Shown piece by piece: positions 61,285 to 64,000 of a DNA stretch of 64,000 nt. This DNA comes from Chiloscyllium plagiosum (lineage: Eukaryota), in the NCBI RefSeq assembly GCF_004010195.1, contig NC_057746.1:5729925-5793924 (forward strand), given 5' to 3'. The number at the start of each line of letters is the position of its first letter. Positions within the stretch are counted from its first letter, which is position 1. The notes under the pieces are model-generated. The model made no database searches, was not told the DNA's origin, and saw only the letters and a list, made by a program, of their open reading frames with translations. Position numbers and translations under genes: made by a program.

Positions 61285-62050
61285 CTTCTGAGTGAAAGTG
61301 ATGACTGCAGATGCTGGAGAGTCAAAGTCAAAAATGTGTGGCGCTGAAAAAGCACAGCAGGTCAGGCAGAATCTAAGGAGCAGGAGTGTTGACATTTTGG
61401 GCAAAACCCTTTCATACTGATGGTTTGGTGATGGGAGGTGAGGCTGTGGTCGAGGGGGCGGTAGGATGAGGTGTTTGTCAATTGGCACCTAGCTTCAGCA
61501 ACGTAGAGTTTGATGCGCCAAACTACCACTGAATCCCCTTTGACTGCTGGTTTAATGGTTGGGTTGGAGGTTGGAGCGGAGGTAGTGGATGGCTGTGCTT
61601 TGCGAGTTTGGAGTGGGTAAGTGAGGTGGACAGGTTGAGACAGTTAATGTCACAGCAGCAGTTGGAGATGAAGTGATCTAGGGCAGGTAAGAGACCAGGA
61701 CCGGGTGTCCAAGAGGATGGACTATGTTTGAGGTGGAAGAAGGGGTCCTCGGACGGTGGGTGGGAGTCACAAACGAAAACGTAAGCATGGAGGTGGAGGA
61801 AGAAAAGTTCGATGTCGCAATGCAAATGGAATTCGTTGACCTGGGAGCATTTTGGGATGAAGGTGAGAGCTTTATTGAGGACTGATCATTCATCCTCAGT
61901 GAGGGGGAGGTCTGAAGGGGATGGTAAAAACTCGGCAGGGCTGGGGGCTGGTGCCTGGCGTACAGCTGGAGTTGGTTTGGCGGGTGCAGAGATTGTCTCT
62001 GTACTTCTGACTGAAGTTGTGTTATTGCAGCTCCACTCATCAGGCAAATG
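61285..62050 (-). mobile_element. Penelope-like element 5' ORF fragment joined to a terminal repeat
   Basis: SDLPLTEDE.SV..KALTFIP..VNEFHLHCDIELFF; terminal repeat at 61285-61420. Confidence 0.75.
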
Positions 62051-62839
62051 AATAGAAACCATCAGATAGTCAGTTTTTAAGAGACTTGAGGAACCAGGTA
62101 ATGAAAACATTAAACATCAAAAAGGCTCATGGAATATCTCAAGGAAGAGAATACAAGGTGTTGGAAGTCATGTTTAAGTGATACAAAGCTCTGGTTTGAC
62201 CAGACTTGGAATATTGGGAGTAGTTCTGGGCCTAGATTAGAGTGGTGCTGGAAAAGCACAGCAGTTCAAGCAGCATCCGAGAAGCAGTAAAATCGACATT
62301 TCGGGCAAAAGCCCTTCATCAGGATACGGATGAGTTGGACCGAAGGGTCTGATTGAGTTATATGACTCTGTCCTGCTAATGGACTGTGGAGAGAGGCTGT
62401 ATCAAGAAGGTTAGTTGCACTCCAACTCCCCGCAAAATAAACTCCCAGATTTGCTTGACAAATTCAGCAGGTCTGGCAGCAACTGTGGGAAATAGCAGAG
62501 TTAACATTTTCAGTTCAGTGACTCTTCATCAGAACAGAAACGTTAACTCTGTTTTGTTCCCCACAGATACTGCCAAATCTGCTGAGTTTTGCCAGGAATT
62601 TCTGGTTTTGTTTCAGGAAATTCATGTTGCTCCAGAAATATTTGGACTGGCTGTGAGAGTGGTTCATCAGAGAGTCCAACCACTCTGTCCTTTCTTTCCT
62701 CTTCGGCTTCACCAATTTCGTTATCCACTTTGGGAGCAAAAGCAGGAAGGCAGACTATTAGCTCAGTGGCTACAAACTGAGAGCGGGGAATGTGCAACAA
62801 TACATGGGTGGCTTCCTACACCAGTCGCTGAAGGTAAGC

Positions 62840-63660
62840 ATGTACATGTAGCAGGTGTTGACCTTCAAGATGAGGGGATACAGGAGCAAGAATATTTGTT
62901 GCAATTACACATGGCCTTTGTCAAACTACACCTGGAATATCATGTGCAATTTTGATCTCCTTATCTGAGAAAGCATGTTCTTACTATAGAGGGAGTGCAG
63001 CAAAGGTTTACCAAATTGATCCCTGGGTTGGCTGGACTGATATGAGTAGAGATTGAATTAGTTAGGATTATATTGACTGGAGTTCATAAGAATGAGTGAG
63101 AATCTCAAAAGAAACCTACAAATATCTATCAGGACTAGATGCAAATACAGGAAGAATGCTGCCGATTGCAGATGTGTCTAGAAAGTCCCAAGCTATGGAA
63201 CCAACCTGTTAGGATCGAGATGAGAACTTTTTTTGTTTTATCCAGAGAGTGGCAAGAATGTGGGATTTGCTACCTCAGAAAACAGTCACAGACAGAACAT
63301 TCAAAACATCCTTTCAAGAAGGATCTGGACCAGAGCACTTGGAGCGAAAGGAATCAAAGGATATGGTGGGAAACATGGGACAGGCAATTGAGTTTAATGA
63401 TTAGTCATGATTACAATGAATGGTGGTGCAAACTTTAAGGATCAAAGTTAAAAATCACACAACACCAGGTTATAGTCCAACAGGTTTAATTGGAAGCACA
63501 CTAGCTTTCGGATTATCACCTGATGAAGGAGCGACGCTCCGAAAGCTAGTGTGCTTCCAGTTAAACCTATTGGACTATAACCTGGTGTTGTGTGATTTTT
63601 AACTTTGTACCGGCATCTCCGAATCTTGAAGGATCAAATATGCTAATCCTGTTTCTATTT
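62840..63660 (+). mobile_element. Decayed CR1 3' part with a fold-back PLE family B insertion at 63437-63638
   Basis: LQLHMAFVKLHLEYHVQF; about 70-bp arms 63443-63512 and 63538-63607; TSD aaggatcaaa. Confidence 0.82.
63517..63551 (+). ncRNA. Intact minimal type-I hammerhead ribozyme (family B)
   Basis: cac-CUGAUGA-A-ggagc gac gcucc-GAAA-G/C-UA-gug: stem I cac/gug, 5-bp stem II, palindromic AGCU in place of stem III. Confidence 0.82.
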
Positions 63661-63769
63661 TCTATGTTAGTCTATAAGATAATACCCAGCTTCCAACAAA
63701 CACAGTACTTAAAACAGTAAGTTAGAATTCTAACACAGTCTACACCTTCCAGATACTTAAACCTCGCCC

Positions 63770-64000
63770 TACCATATTCAGGAATGTGGCATCAACAATC
63801 CTCAGCCTGGAAATCAGAGGGAAATGTTTCCAATAAACACACTCAATATCCAACACACAGCTCCAGTCACACAGTTCAGCACAAAGCACCGAGTAAACAG
63901 CTCTCTCAGCTGGATCTTCTCACACAGCATAAGGGACATTTCCACCCCTGACTGCCCACAGGATAGTCAGACTGCCTGAAGATTGGTGTGGATATTATGG
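63770..64000. repeat. Near-identical paralogue of intronic block 46985-47190 (ZNF gene duplication unit)
   Basis: More than 100 bp identical (ccaataaacacactc...cataagggaca), then a 22-bp indel, then identity to the window end. Confidence 0.92.

Noticed and set aside
62386-62955. 189-aa ORF
   Set aside because: Chimeric read-through of a PLE tail, the ZNF 5' module and a CR1 fragment; no ATG start or coherent domain

Overview
Eukaryotic, repeat-rich vertebrate DNA. The V-SINE/HE1-type SINEs, CR1 LINEs, DeuSINE relics and the class I sequence point to a cartilaginous fish; shark is my inference. The window holds: (1) a complete, spliceable 7-exon MHC class I heavy-chain gene on the minus strand (ATG 14980 to TGA 5751, 365 aa), UAA-like but with unusual groove residues; (2) two paralogous minus-strand C2H2 zinc-finger genes (17 and 7 fingers) flanked by decayed fingers, plus scattered promoter and 5'-exon modules that appear to belong to the same family; (3) dense CR1 LINEs, SINEs and Penelope-like elements (PLEs). 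The main hidden structure is about 20 minimal type-I hammerhead ribozyme motifs, intact or decayed, from at least two PLE-derived families. They show stem covariation and include one same-strand tandem pair and several short fold-back insertions with 10-16 bp target-site duplications. Repeat boundaries are approximate; MHC exon boundaries were read base by base.
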